Below are positions 11,552-23,714 of a stretch of DNA of 64,000 nt, piece after piece. Position numbers and translations under genes: made by a program. The stretch spans positions 125,118,001 to 125,182,000 of the forward strand of contig NW_024704742.1 in NCBI RefSeq assembly GCF_018977255.1, read 5' to 3'. This stretch comes from Callorhinchus milii (Eukaryota). The notes below the pieces were generated by a model. It made no database searches, was not told the DNA's origin, and worked only from the letters and a program-made list of their open reading frames with translations. Each line of letters opens with the position of its first letter. The stretch's first letter is position 1.

Positions 11552-13480
11552 AACAACAACAAGCATTTATATAGCGCTCTCCATGCTGGGCGGCATCTCA
11601 GAACGTTTAACAATGGCGGAACCTGAGGCCAAGCCAAGGGGAAGGGGAAGGTGTCTTTAGGCGCGGTCGAAGAGGAAGGTCTTCAGGCGTGACCTGACGA
11701 TAATAATAATAATAATAATAATCCTTGCATTTGATATAGTGCTTTTCACGTCGGGAGGACGTCCCAAAGCGCTTCACAGAACACACTGTAAAGTGAATTG
11801 ACTGTATATTTGTGGGCGAACGCGGCAGCCAATTGCGCACAGCAATGTCCCACAAACAGTCGTAGATTGAAAATGACCAATTTATTATAGTTTTTGGTTT
11901 TTGGAGGGATTATTAAGATGGGGAAGGAGGGTGCGAGGCGAAGGGATAACGGGAGGGAGTTCCAAAGTTTTGGCGCATAGTGGCTGAAGGCACGGCCACT
12001 GATGTTAGAGGGGAGGATTCAAGGGACACGGAGGAGGCTGGACCAAGCAGAGCGGAGGCAGCAGGTACTGCTGTGGGGAGAGAGATAGAGGGGTGCCAAG
12101 TAATGGAGGGATTTAAAAACTAGAGTGAGGATCTTGAAGTCGATCTGCTCTGTGACAGGGAGCCAGTGGAGTTTGGCAAGGACTGGAGCACAAAGTTTGG
12201 TGTGGGTGAGAATGTGGGCGGTGGAGTTTTGAATGAGCTGAATTTTGTAAATAGTGGAGGAGGGGAGACAGGCAAGGAGAGCATTAGAGTAGTCCAGCTG
12301 AGAGGTGACAAAGGCATGGACAAGGGTTTCGGTAGTTTTTGGGGTGAGGTATTGTCGGAAACGGGCAATGTGGCGAAGGTGGAAGAAAGTGGTGCTGGTC
12401 AGGGACCGGATGTGGGGGAAGAAGGATAACTGGGGATCGAACATAACACCTAAGTTGTGCACGGGTTCGGAGAGCTTTAAGGACAGGTCAGAAGGGTTGA
12501 GGAGGTTGGAATCGTGGGACAACGGGAACCAAAGTGTATGACTTTCATCTTGTTGACGTTTAACTGCAGGAAATTTACGCTCATCCAGCTCTTGATCTCT
12601 GACAGACAAGCTGACAGAAAATCAGGGGATTGGGGATCGCAGCTGGAGGTGGAAAAGTAGCTTTGAATGTCAGTCGCATACGTGTGGAAGTTAACCCTGT
12701 GTCTGCGGATGACATGACTGAGAAGGAGCATATAGCTAAGGAAGAGAAGGGGGCCAAAGATTGATCCTTGGGGTACCCCTCAGGTGACCGGGTGGAAGTG
12801 AGAAGAAAAGGCATTTGCAAAATGTAGTGCTGGTGGTTTGTAAGGTAGGACTCGAACCAAGCGAGTGCGGTCCCACTGAGGTGGATGATGGAGAACAGAG
12901 GAGGATAGCGTGAATAACTGTGTTGAACAAGGCAGAGAGGTCGAGGAAGACGAGAAGACAGAGGGAGCCCTGGTCACAGATAGAGAGGGTATCGTTTATG
13001 ATTTTCATGAACACTGTCTCTCTACTGTGGGCAGGGCGGAAACCGGACTGGAGGGGTTCAAGTAGGGTATGGAGGGAGAGGTGTCTGCAAAGTTGGTTGG
13101 CAACAACATGTTCCAGAGCTTTGGCAAGAAAGGGCAGGTTTGCAATAGGGCGGTAGTGGCCGAGGTTGGAGGGATTGAGGGTAGGTTTTTTAAGGAGAGG
13201 GGTGATGACCGTGGTTTTGAGGGGTAGTGGGACTGATCTTGAGGAGAGAAACTGATTAATAGTGTCTGCCCGCAGTGGGCGGAGGAAAGGGAGCTGGGTG
13301 ATCAGCAATTGGGTGGGGAGGGTGTCGAGGCAGCAGGTGGTGGGTTTTATTGTGGTGATGGTGGATGAGAGGGAGGAAGGTGAGATGGGGGCAAATGAAT
13401 GCAGGATGGGGACGTGGTAGGAGCTGAGGGTAGGGTGGGTAAGGGAGATGGAATGGCGGTGGTGGTAGGCGACATGGAGC
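11552..13480 (-). mobile_element. L2 LINE (variant-tail lineage), 3' part with frameshifted RT
   Basis: ORF track 12736-13308 (YRPIANLPFLAK, QSGFRPAHS, LDLSALF), 12477-12731 (YATD..QLNVNK), 12019-12609 (NLGVMFD, LHWLPV..FKIL); (AAC)n tail at 11552. Confidence 0.95.
11700..11917 (-). mobile_element. Young tRNA-Ala/CORE-like SINE, 5'-truncated, nested in L2
   Basis: Near-identical to 29318-29535; L2 resumes on both sides; probable ~5 bp TSD acgat/aagat. Confidence 0.9.
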
Positions 13481-14384
13481 AGACCAGTTAGTCTGACATC
13501 GGTGGTAGGGAAATTTCTAGAATCCTTAATTAGGGACGATGTTGTGGAGCACTTAGAAAATCATAACATGATTAGACAGAGTCAACATGGCTTTACGAAA
13601 GGGAAATCATGTTTAACAAATCTTTTAGGGTTTTTTGAGGATGTAACTAGCAGGTTAGATAGGGGAGAACCAGTAGATGTGGTGTATTTGGATTTCCAGA
13701 AGACATTCGACAAGGTGCCACAAAAAAAGGCTGTTGCATAAGATTAGAGCACATGGAATTAAAGGTAATATATTAGCATGGATTGGAGAGTGGCTAACAG
13801 AAAGAAAACAGAGAGTAGGGATAAACAGGTCCTTCTCAGATTGGCAGGATGTGACTAGTGAGTGCTACAATGGTCAGTGCTTGGGCCTCAATTATTCAGT
13901 TTCTATATCAATGATTTAGATGAGGAAGTAGAACTTAACATATCTAAATTCGCGGATGATACAAAGCTAGGTGGGAGAGTAAGCTGTGAGGATGACACAC
14001 AAAGAATGCCAAGGGAAATAGACAGTGGGCAAGAAGGTGGCAGATGGAGTATAACGTGGGAAAGTGTTATTCACCTTAGTAGTAAAAATAGCAAAGCTGA
14101 TTATTTTCTAGAGGAGGAGAGATGAGGTAGCGTTAGTGTTCAGAGGGATTTGGATGTCCTTGTACACCAGTCACAAAAATTTAGTATGCAGGTACAGCAA
14201 GCAACTAGGAAGGCTAATGCCATGTTGGCGTTCGTTGCAAAAGGGTTAGAGTACAAGAGTAGGGAAGTCTTGCTGCAGTTGTATAAGGCCTTCGTGAGAC
14301 CCCACCTAGAATATTGTGTGCAGTTTTGGTCTCCTTATTTAAGAAAGGACATACTCGCCTTAGAGGGTGTGCAGCGTAGATTCA

Positions 14385-14525
14385 ACAACAACAACAACTT
14401 GGATTTGTATAGTGCCCTCCACGCCGGACGGTGTCTCAGAGCGCTTTACAGTTTAGGATCCCGGGGACGAGCCAGGGATGGTGGGATGGTGACCAAAGGC
14501 GCGGTCGAAAAGAAAGGTCTTCAGC
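14385..14525 (-). mobile_element. L2 3' end (variant-tail lineage) nested in CR1
   Basis: (AAC)n + tagtgccctccacgccggacggtgtctcagagcgct; TSD attca at 14380-14384 and 14548-14552. Confidence 0.85.
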
Positions 14526-14555
14526 AGAGGACCATTCAGCGTTCAGCATTCACTA

Positions 14556-14674
14556 TAATAATAATAATAATAATAATCCTTGCATTTGATATAGCGCTTT
14601 TCACGTCGGGAGGACGTCCCAAAGCGCTTCACAGAACACACTGTAAAGTGAATTGACTGTATATTTGTGGGCAA
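14556..14674 (-). mobile_element. Young SINE 3' end nested in CR1
   Basis: (AAT)n + ccttgcatttgatatagcgcttttcacgtcgggaggacgtcccaaagcgct; TSD acta at 14552-14555 and 14675-14678. Confidence 0.9.
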
Positions 14675-14753
14675 ACTAGGTTGGTTCCTGGGATGAGGGG
14701 ATTGACCTGTGAGGATAGGTTGAGCAAACTAGGCCGATATTATCTGGAATATA

Positions 14754-15038
14754 CAACAACAACAAAAACAAAATTGCATTTGTATAGCGCCTTTCAGTCG
14801 AGAGGACATCCCAAGGCACTGGACAGAGTTACGGACCCGAGCTGATAGTCGGGGTGGGGGAAGGGGGAGGGCAGGGTGGGAAGCAGGGAGATCGAAAGCA
14901 CGGTCGAAGAGGAGGGCATTGAGGTGGGTCTTCAAGATGGCGAGGGAGGGGGCGAGACAGAGGGACTGCGGGATGAAGTTCCAGAGGGTGGGTGCAGAGT
15001 CGCGGAAGGCTCGCCCGCAGATAGTGGGGCGAGCAAGG
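14754..15038 (-). mobile_element. L2 3' end nested in CR1
   Basis: (AAC)n tail, stem-loop, ORF2 end PTLWNFIPQSL..LKTHL; TSD aatata at 14748-14753 and 15048-15053. Confidence 0.9.
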
Positions 15039-15439
15039 TATATATATAATATAGAAGAATTAGAGATGATTATATAGAAACCTATAAGATTCTTAAGGGT
15101 CTTAACAGGGTAGATGCCGTGAGACTGTTTCCCCTGATTGGAGAATCTAAAACTAGGGGTCATAGTCTTGAGATTAAGGGTCAGCCTTTTCGAACTGAGT
15201 CGAGGAAGGTAATGAATTCATGGAATTCTCTACCCCAGAAGTCTGTGGATGCTCAGTTCTTCAACATATTCAAGGCTGAGATTGATAGATTTCTAAAGGA
15301 TAGAGAGATTAAGGGATATGGGGATAGGGCGCGTAAATGGAATTAGGTTAGAAGATCAGCCATGATCTTATTAAATGGCTGGGCTGGCTCAAGGGGCTGA
15401 ATGGCCTACTCCTGCTCCTACATCTTATGGTCTTATGGT

Positions 15440-15500
15440 GTTGGGACGTCCTCCCAAGGTGAAAGGCGCTCTATAAATGCAATTTTGTTGTTGTTGTTTT
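15440..15500 (+). mobile_element. L2 tail-only insertion at the CR1 3' end
   Basis: ttgggacgtcctcccaaggtgaaaggcgctctataaatgc + (ttg)n. Confidence 0.8.
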
Positions 15501-16190
15501 ATAGAAGGATGAAGCTGCCAGGTGGATGTTGTCAATTTTAGAGGTAAGGAAGTCCATGACCTCTTCGCAATTGGTGTTAGATGTGATGATTGAGGGTGCT
15601 TGAGGGGGCGCATGGAGAAAGTGGTGGGTGGTGGAGAATAGCATTTTGGAGTTATTGTTGGCCTCCAATATGATGTTTGAGTAGTGCACAGTTTTTGCTT
15701 GTGACAGGGAGTGGTGGTAGGTGTGAAGATGCTCAAGCCACAGCTGGTAATGAACCATGAGGCTGTTTTTCTGCCTCCTGTGCTTGAGCAGCTGGGTATG
15801 GGATTGTAGGGAGTGGAGATGGCTGTTGTACCAGTGGGAGTGGGTGGGTTTGGAGACGGTTCTGGATTTCAGGGTGACGAGAGAGTTGAAGGTGGAGGAG
15901 AGTCGATCATGGAACAGCTTGATGGCTGCTTCAGGGTCACTGCGGGTGGAAGGCCAGAGGGATAGGAGGTCCGAAAATGAGAGGGCCTTTGTGAGGATCT
16001 CAGGGAGAAGCCTTTTCCATGGTTGGAAAAGTATGGTTGAGGGCTTGATGGAGGAGAGAAGGATGCAAGAGGAGAAGGAGATGAGGATGTGGTCTGAGGT
16101 GGCCTTATCCATGATGCACAGGTTCGAAATGTCAAGGGAAGCTGGGAAGTCCAGTGAGCAGGACATTCGAATAAGCCAGAAGGTTATAAA
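15501..16190 (-). mobile_element. L2 LINE upstream part (endonuclease C-terminus and linker); continuation of 11552-13480
   Basis: ORF 15471-16166 contains SDHILI (APE endonuclease SDH motif), HWYNSHL, AKTVHYS..KMLFST, FLTSKIDNI. Confidence 0.85.
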
Positions 16191-16339
16191 GGGATAGATG
16201 AGGGTCTCAGAAGTAATGGCAGAATCAGGTCTTGTTGCAGAGATGAGGGAAAGCTGAATGAGTGAGACCCAGACGTAATATTTGAAGGATAGCTAGGGGT
16301 TGAACAAAACACTGAGATTCTACATTGGCGCCATGAAGT

Positions 16340-16722
16340 GGAGTTAACACCTTTGATTGATTCAGTCAGCAACTGAGGTGAGAAGGCAATCATGGGAGCC
16401 AAGCAAGAAAGTCTCAGTCTTGTAGACATTGAATTGTAGAAAGGTAGAACTCAGCCAGCATATGATGTCTGACAAGCAATCGGTCAAAACAGTAGTCATC
16501 CTGGAATCGAAGGAAGTTTGAAAGAAGACTAGTGCATGTGGAAGTAATAGAAAATTAGCTTGCTGGATTGGAAATTGATTTGACAACGGGAATCAAAGTT
16601 GGTGATACATTCTGTCCATCTGAACAAGCAGATAGGACATCGGTGTAACATCAAATTTGAAGGACTCACCTCCGACAATGCAGAACTCAGTCCAGCACTC
16701 CATTGGAGTATCAGCCTCGACA
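16340..16722 (-). mobile_element. Old L2 RT fragment (16340-16530) next to a Deu-SINE fragment (16596-16722)
   Basis: ORF 16362-16586 DCLSDIICWLSSTFLQFNVYKTE; Deu block tccatctgaac..ctccgacaatgcag..actccattggagtatcagcct. Confidence 0.7.
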
Positions 16723-17730
16723 TTACTGCTGGCAGCTAATCTGTGCTGCTGATCCATTGACCCATAATCTCTTGTAGCTTTCATGGGATATAAACGCTGA
16801 TATATCCATAATCATATATCTATCCAGACATGGAATGTAAAAATGGAAACATTGAACAACGTTTTGTAACCAGTGGTTCATTGTAAAGATTAGCTTCCTG
16901 TGTTTTTGCCCACAGATACAATGAATAGGAAATGAGTTGTAAAATCACGAGCGCCTTTTGGAAATCTGCACCCTCTAACTTTTTGTTGGATAGGACACGA
17001 TGAAAATTTAATCAGTGTATGCCAAAACCCAGCTAATGAGTTTATTGATGCTTCTAATGATCTGATGACAAATGCATGTGATAAGGTTTTCGAAAGCACA
17101 ACATTTGGGAGTTCACCTCATCTTGTTTCTTCAGCTGACAAAAGAGTTTCAGGAAATATTGCATGAAAACAACAAAAAATAAACATGTGGCAGGCAGAAG
17201 GGAACTTTTTTCCCTGATAGCTTTATCAAACTTGACTGAGGATATAGGTAGATAAGACTAAGTTTACTGCATACATCTAAAAAGAAATCTCCCTTTTCAC
17301 AATCATGTGTACTTAAAAGAATGTAGGACTGATAAGTTTTCAAAGGACTTGCACTTAATTTAGCAACAAAACTCTGTGATCGTGTTTCATTTGGACCCAC
17401 ATTGACTCCAGGAGGCTTGGCTCTGTGGCCCAACATGCCCTATTGTTGTTTCTATAGGTCTTGTCAATGTAATGGCTCTGGCACTGAGCAATGAAACCAA
17501 CATACCATCATTTTATTGGCTCCTAATCCCTGGTACATGGAAATGTTCTGTTCAATTCTGGTTGCCCCAGAAGCAGGAGTGTTCTCATGCCTCGACCACT
17601 AAAAATAGCGATCATTACCATCTGCAAACAAGTATTGAAACAATTGCTATTGTTAGTGATTGGGGTGTATGGACCTCCCCCATCATGACTCCATAGTTTT
17701 CTGCTAAAGCCTTTTTGTGGTGACTTTCAG

Positions 17731-17798
17731 ATCGCTGCGTGATACATCGAGCAGCAACAGAATTGTGTCGAACAAACTATTGTCTGATGTGTTCAGGG
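17731..17798 (+). other. Candidate orphan exon (68 nt), unassigned
   Basis: ctttttgtggtgactttcag| acceptor and |gtaagc donor; two open frames; CpG-retaining; no protein recognised. Confidence 0.2.
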
Positions 17799-18245
17799 GT
17801 AAGCAATCGGGAAGTCGATCTGACTTCGCAGTTATCCTGCAGCCAGATGTTTAAAACTGGCGTTTCTCCAGTCTCAGCCGTTCCGAAAACATGCAGCCCA
17901 AACTGGAGCTGAAATCCCTGAAGTGGAGTACAGCTCCGGCATTAGGCTGGTGGCCAAGTTTAGTCCACTGAGTGGACTCGCTGCAGATTTCAGATCAATG
18001 TTTCCAGCAAATCTAGCCCCACAGTCCCCAGTAAGCGTGTTATCGCAACAGCAGAAGCGCTGTGTTATGTTCATTCCCAGATTGACTCCACGGAATGTGC
18101 TGAACTTCAAGTAACAGGGCCAAGATTCACAGCATTTGCTGACTCTGGACATTGGAATTTCAATTCCACGTGTGCAGAAAAGAGATACCATCAACCATCA
18201 GTGGCTAAATCACAAAAACACAGATTTTATTTTACCAAAGTCCGA

Positions 18246-18424
18246 TGATAGCTTTCAAAAGGGAATTGGATACGTACTTGAAAATGAAATATCTGCAGGG
18301 CTATGAAGTAAAAGTGGGGCAGTGGGACTAATTGGATAACTCTTTCAAAGAGCCGGTACAGGCATGATGGGCCGAAAGGCCTCCTTCTGTGCTGTAAGAC
18401 TCTATGATTGTATGATTCTATGAA
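18246..18424 (+). mobile_element. CR1 3' end
   Basis: ttcaaaagggaattggat (FKRELD), gatgggccgaaaggcctccttctgtgctgt + (attctatg)-like tail. Confidence 0.85.
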
Positions 18425-19579
18425 GTCATTTAAAGAGATCAACAGCCTCCCACCTCTCACCCCACCCCGCCCCATCCAGGTTGTGCTAGCCCCAGTCAAA
18501 TGATGCTTGCAGGTAAACTGACACAATTCTGGTATCATATTGGTATTTGCAAATGATCAATGTGTGATCTGGGAGGGGAAACTGTTACTTTGTTTGAATG
18601 AGTGATTCTGCTCCTTGGGGAGATGCTAAGCAGGGTCTCTTTGGGGCTGATTTGACCCCAAGATGACATGCCTGGCAATGAAATATCAGAATCAAATTGT
18701 TTCTCTATGATCTCGGTAGTCTGGTTCCTGAGCCAGGCAGGCGAGTCTGCAGTACTCAAGGGCATTGTTGTTGATGGACCAGGCAGCCTAGCTTGCTAGC
18801 AGATTGTGGAAGATCAGATCTGGAGGGGGTGGGGTGTTTGGAATTCTTTCCAATCTGTTCTTGTTGACGCTGTAAGCCAAAGCAGAAAGCTTGCTCATGT
18901 TTCAACATTAACCTGCATGGTTTTGTTGGTTAAAATCCAGCAGTAATACAATGCTCTGGGGGCCCCCTGCCCTGAGCTCTGCACTTAAACTGGAATGAGA
19001 TAAACAGGGAGAGGCTTCTTCCAGGGAAGGAGTCCACACCTCCATTCCAGACAAATGGAAATATACATGAATGCTTGGAACTCTCAGGAGTTTTGGTTTG
19101 GACACTCTTAGGCATAGTGCTCCATTTGCACATGGACCACAAAAAATAAGCAAGGTGTTGAGCTCATGTTTGTAACAGGAAAGGAGCCAAGAATTATTGC
19201 AGGAAATGTATTCTGGGCTCATGATTCCTAGCCAGGTAATAGAATATTCACTTGTTAGCTGTTCGGCTTTGCTAAGCTGCAGTTTGTTGCTGACTTGCTC
19301 TCTACTTCACAAAGCAATAATAATTAATAACCCTGACATTTGATATAGTGCCTTTCAGGTTCAGTGAACATCTTAAAGCGCTTCCTAGGATTTACTGAGA
19401 AAGTGCAGCAATTTTGCAGGCAAAATGTATGAATCTGAGAAAATCTATTTACCACTTGACGTTAAACATCTTTTTCCCCAAATGATTATTCGTGTGATAT
19501 CTGCAGAAATAATAGTGGAAAACTGTATTGCGGCTCATTTACAGCAGTCTTATAAATTAAGAAATGTAAGGATCACCCG

Positions 19580-19670
19580 TGAGAGGTTTAGGTTGCAGGC
19601 TTAACAGGAGTCAAGAGAGAAGAATCCCTGCCCCAGTGGTCTGCCCTCTCCAAGTCCTGCCGCTGAGCTG
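19580..19670 (-). repeat. Unclassified dispersed repeat R2, copy 2
   Basis: Reverse complement of 2700-2792-like sequence. Confidence 0.6.
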
Positions 19671-20064
19671 GACGGGCTGCTGCCACCAATTGTGCCACTG
19701 AACCTGTCTGACTCAGGAATCAGGCTTCTGAGACTGTCACAGAGCATTATCTCGATTTCAACATTCAGTTGCCAAGCACATCACCTTGGAGATATCTCAG
19801 CTCCAAGGAGAATAGATTTCAATACTCAATACACAGTAGCTCAACCAAGTATGATACAACATTTAGGAGAGCTGGTTGGAATTTGCGGTCCTACTCCCCT
19901 GCTTCCACTGCTCTGTAAATCTGGTCTGTCATCGTCGGCAAGTTTATAGCCACTGTATCCCCAATTTCTGGAATTCTATCCATAAATCCCTCTCCCTCCT
20001 ATACTTTCAAAATCTGCTTAAAAACATATTGATTCAACTGCACCTTTGGCCAACTATGCCTTTG

Positions 20065-20428
20065 TGTATCAGCTGGCTCAGTTGGTAGGAATCTCACCTC
20101 TGAGTCAGAAGGTTGTCTATCTTTACTGACGTTCCAATGCACTGCTGGAGGTGTGCTGCATCGTCAGAGGTCCTGCCTTTCGGACGAGGTCCGCCTGTCA
20201 AGGTGAACTTTAAAGATCCCATGGCACTATTTCCAAAGAGAAGAGAGTTTCTCCCGGTATCCTAGTCAACAATCCCCTCAAAATAAAAAATGGCCATTGG
20301 CTGCTTGTAGGACATTGCTGTGCTCAAACTGGCTACCATGTTCACCCATAAAGTACACCAACCACTTTGCAGCATATCCTGTGAAGTGCCTTGAGATGTT
20401 TTGACAACATGTAAGGATTATTTTTATT
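20065..20428 (+). mobile_element. Deu-domain tRNA SINE
   Basis: Head tggctcagttggtag..ctgagtcagaaggttg; Deu block gtgctgcatcgtcagaggt..ctttcggacgag..aaagatcccatggcactatt; tail. Confidence 0.85.
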
Positions 20429-20444
20429 ACTATTAGCATAATTT

Positions 20445-22511
20445 CCCTCAACATCCACCCTATTTGAACGCACTTGGCTCAAATCTGATTTAACAGTCCT
20501 CCGGCAGATCTGGCTGGACCACATAAAAATTCACAGATCTGCCCGCCCCTCCGCTAATTTGTCCTATTCTAAGGTAATCTTGGAGGTGAAGGACAACCCC
20601 AGGCTTCTCTTCTCCACTACCAACCGGCTCCTTCATCCACCCTCTCATGCCTCGCCCATCCTCTTCTCCAACTCCAACTGCGAGGAGATGCTAGATTTCC
20701 TTGAGTCCAAAATCAAGTGTATCCGTTCAGCCTCCTCTGCCCTCCCAACCGCCAACCCCTCCCCATCTCTCGTTCACACTCTATCCCCTGCCCATCCCTC
20801 CCTCCACACAAAATTACATTTTATAGCGTCTTTCACATAGGGAGGACATCCCAAGGCGCGGGACAGTCAGTGTTTCGGACCCACATGAAGCCCACCACCT
20901 GCTCTCTCAACCCTCCTTACCCCCTCTCCTTATCTCCCAGCTCCAATTCCTTACCCCTTTGCTTTCATACCACATCAACCTCTCCCTATCAACTGGCACC
21001 GTTCCCACTCTCTAAAAACAGCTGTCGTCACCCCTATCCTAAAAAAACCTTCCTTGGACCCATTCTTGTTCACTCACTACCTTCCCATCTCCAACCTCCC
21101 TTTCCTTTCCTCGATCCTTAAAAAACCTGTTGCTTCCCAGCTTCACTTCTTCCTCTCCTACCACTCCCTTTATGAATCCCACCAATTGGGTTTCCATCTT
21201 GCCCACAGCATGGAAACAGCCCTGATCAAGGTGACACATGACATTCTGTCCATCTGTGACCAGGGCTCACTCTGTCTCCTCATCCTCCTCGACCTCTCTG
21301 CTGCCTTTGACACTGTGGACCATTCTATCCTCCTCCACTTCCTCTCCGCTCACTTTAACCTTCAAGGTTCTGTCCTTGAATGGTTCAGATCCTATCTCTC
21401 CCCAGCTCCAGTTTGTCTTCACAAATGGCTTCTCCTCTAGCCCTCGCACCGTCTCGTGTGGTATTCCTCAGGGCTCTTTCCTCGACCTCTCCTCTTCAAC
21501 CTATACATACTCCCTCTTGGTGACATCATCTGCAGACATAGGGTCAACTTCTACACGTATGCAGATGACACCCAAATCTATCTCTCTGCCTCCAACCTCG
21601 ACCCCAGGACCACTGATGTCCTGACAGACTGCTTGTCAGACATCAAGTCCTGGATGAGAGCCAACTTTCTACAGCAAGACTGAAGCTCTACTGACACCAG
21701 CACCTCCACACCTTAGGCACTGGTAGCATCAGGATGCACAATCCACCTCACCAAGCCACTCAGAAACCTAAGCATCTTTTTTGATCCTCAACTGTCTTTT
21801 CTCCCCCACATCTGTGCCACGACCCACTGTGCCTTTCCCCACCTCTACAACATTGCCCGACTCTGCCTCTGCCTCACCCCTCAGGTCGCCAAAACCCTCA
21901 CACATGCTTTCATTACAACCAGACTCAACTGTGCCAGCGCCCTGCTTGTCAACGTTCCCAACTCTTCCCTCCACAAGCTGCAGAACATCCAGAACTCTGC
22001 AGCTCATGTCCTCTCCTGCACCAACCAGGCTTCATGACCCCATCACATTCACACTTGTCCGGCTCTCCATCCCTCAGAGGATCGAGTTCAAAATTCTCGT
22101 GCTCACCTTCAAGGCCCTCAATGATCTTTCCCCCTCCTATATCTCCGACCTGCTAAACCCTTTCAACCTGTCCACTCCCTCCACTTAGCAGGCTCCGGCC
22201 TGCTCCATGACCCTCACCTGGCCCGCTCCACCATCAGCAGTCAGGCCTTTAGCCTCTCTACTTCCACCCTCTGGAACTCCATCCCACATTCCTTTTGCCT
22301 CACTCCCTCCCCTGCCTCCTCCAAGGCATGCTTCAGGACCTTCCTCTTCAACCGTGTTTTCAGTTACCTCTTACCCTCTCTGCTCTCCACCCTCCCTGAT
22401 CCTCTGATCCCAATCCTCCCCACTCAGGTCCTAATCCCTAGCTTTTCAGCACCTTGGGACGTCCTCCCGACGTGAAAGACGTCTTTCAAATGTCATTTTG
22501 TATTGTATTGT
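20445..22511 (+). mobile_element. L2 LINE, 5'-truncated, frameshifted RT
   Basis: ORF pieces PISNLPFLS, HSMETAL..LDLSAAFDTVDH, YADDTQIY, QRIEFKIL; terminal stem-loop at 22449-22485; small antisense L2 tail inserted at ~20808-20888. Confidence 0.95.
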
Positions 22512-22739
22512 ACTTGGGCTCCCGCACTGGCTCAGCGAAGTGCTTTCAGACATTTTCCTATCAACATAAAATGCAGATTTAACTGTCAGCATGTTAAGAT
22601 TTGGCTCTGGATGTGAGCTCAGCTCGAGGAGATATCTTGAAATAAAGTCCTTGCCAGTTTAGTGTAATGTTCATGGAGCTTCCTGAAGGACACACTCTTT
22701 ATGTCTCAATGTGTCAGTTACACAGTCGTTTTCCCAACT

Positions 22740-22960
22740 AATAACAATAATCCTTATATATGATACAGCGGCTTTTATGTCAGGAGGAAATCCAAAAGCG
22801 CTTTACAGGATTTATTCTAAAGTGTAGTGACTGTGTGTTTATGGGTGAACGCAGCAGCCAGTTTGCACACAGCAATGTCCCACAAACAGCCATTAAGTGA
22901 CTCACTAATTTTATTTGGGGAATTGTTGGCTAGGACACCGGAAGAATTTCCCTTCTCTAA
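22740..22960 (-). mobile_element. Deu-type SINE 3' half
   Basis: Tail + gcagccagtttgcacacagcaatgtcccacaaacagcc..ttgttggctaggacacc. Confidence 0.75.
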
Positions 22961-23714
22961 AGCTTTTTCAATCCCACTGGCAGTTAATCCATTGGATCAC
23001 CTTTAAAGTTTTACACTTAGTAAAGAGCCAAAGGATAGTTGGCTTGTTCTTGACATTAAAAGGTTAGCTGGCATTCAGAACTTAACATTCAAAATATTGG
23101 CACTCAAAAACAGAGCAGAGCGAGGAGTTTAACCTTTTTACATTGCACCACTGCAAAAACCTGGTAAATTCAGCCTAACCACACCATCTGAGACCTACGG
23201 CTTCAAATCACATCAATAAAGTGCTGAGTTCCAGGCACAGCAAAAGATTTGAGCTGGTTGCAATATCAATAGACCTCCAACAAAGGCTTTATTTGAAGAA
23301 AAATGGTTAAAAGTAGAAAACTTAATTTGCAGCAAATGAGAAAAACTATTGGAGAAATTCCGGTTCAGATGTTTAGTTGGTGCTTTTATTAGGTCACATG
23401 CCCTGGAGGCTCATATTTAGTAATATAGGTCTCAAGAATGCTGTTTTATAAATATGTATATATTCAACATTATAATTAGCCTGGTGCTCCCAAAACCACC
23501 TGGATCCAACGCCCTCCAATTGAAGTGAAACGACAAATGTAATAGTGATCCCTGAAGAATGGAGTTGGGTTGCAGGAGGTTTGAAACATGTAGCTGCAGA
23601 TTGCTCAGACTCCTGGTGAGCTAAAGCAGCAGAGCATCATAAGCTACCAGATACAATCCAAGATCTTACTGAACTTGCCTGTTACATGGTTACTATAATA
23701 ACATTTTTATAGCT

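Larger units (their letters stand above)
13481..15439 (+). mobile_element. CR1 (HER1-like) LINE, 5'-truncated, frameshifted RT, nested in L2
   Basis: ORF pieces RPVSLTSVVGK..QHGFTKGKSCLTNL..YLDFQKTFDKVP, SVLGP..KFADDTKL, RPHLEYCVQFWSP, TRGHSL; 3' end ggctgaatggcctactcctgctcc + (tcttatgg)n. Confidence 0.95.

Noticed and set aside
14150..14656. 168 aa ORF as a novel fusion protein
   Set aside because: It is chance read-through from CR1 into antisense L2 and SINE inserts; the poly-N and poly-I runs are tail microsatellites.
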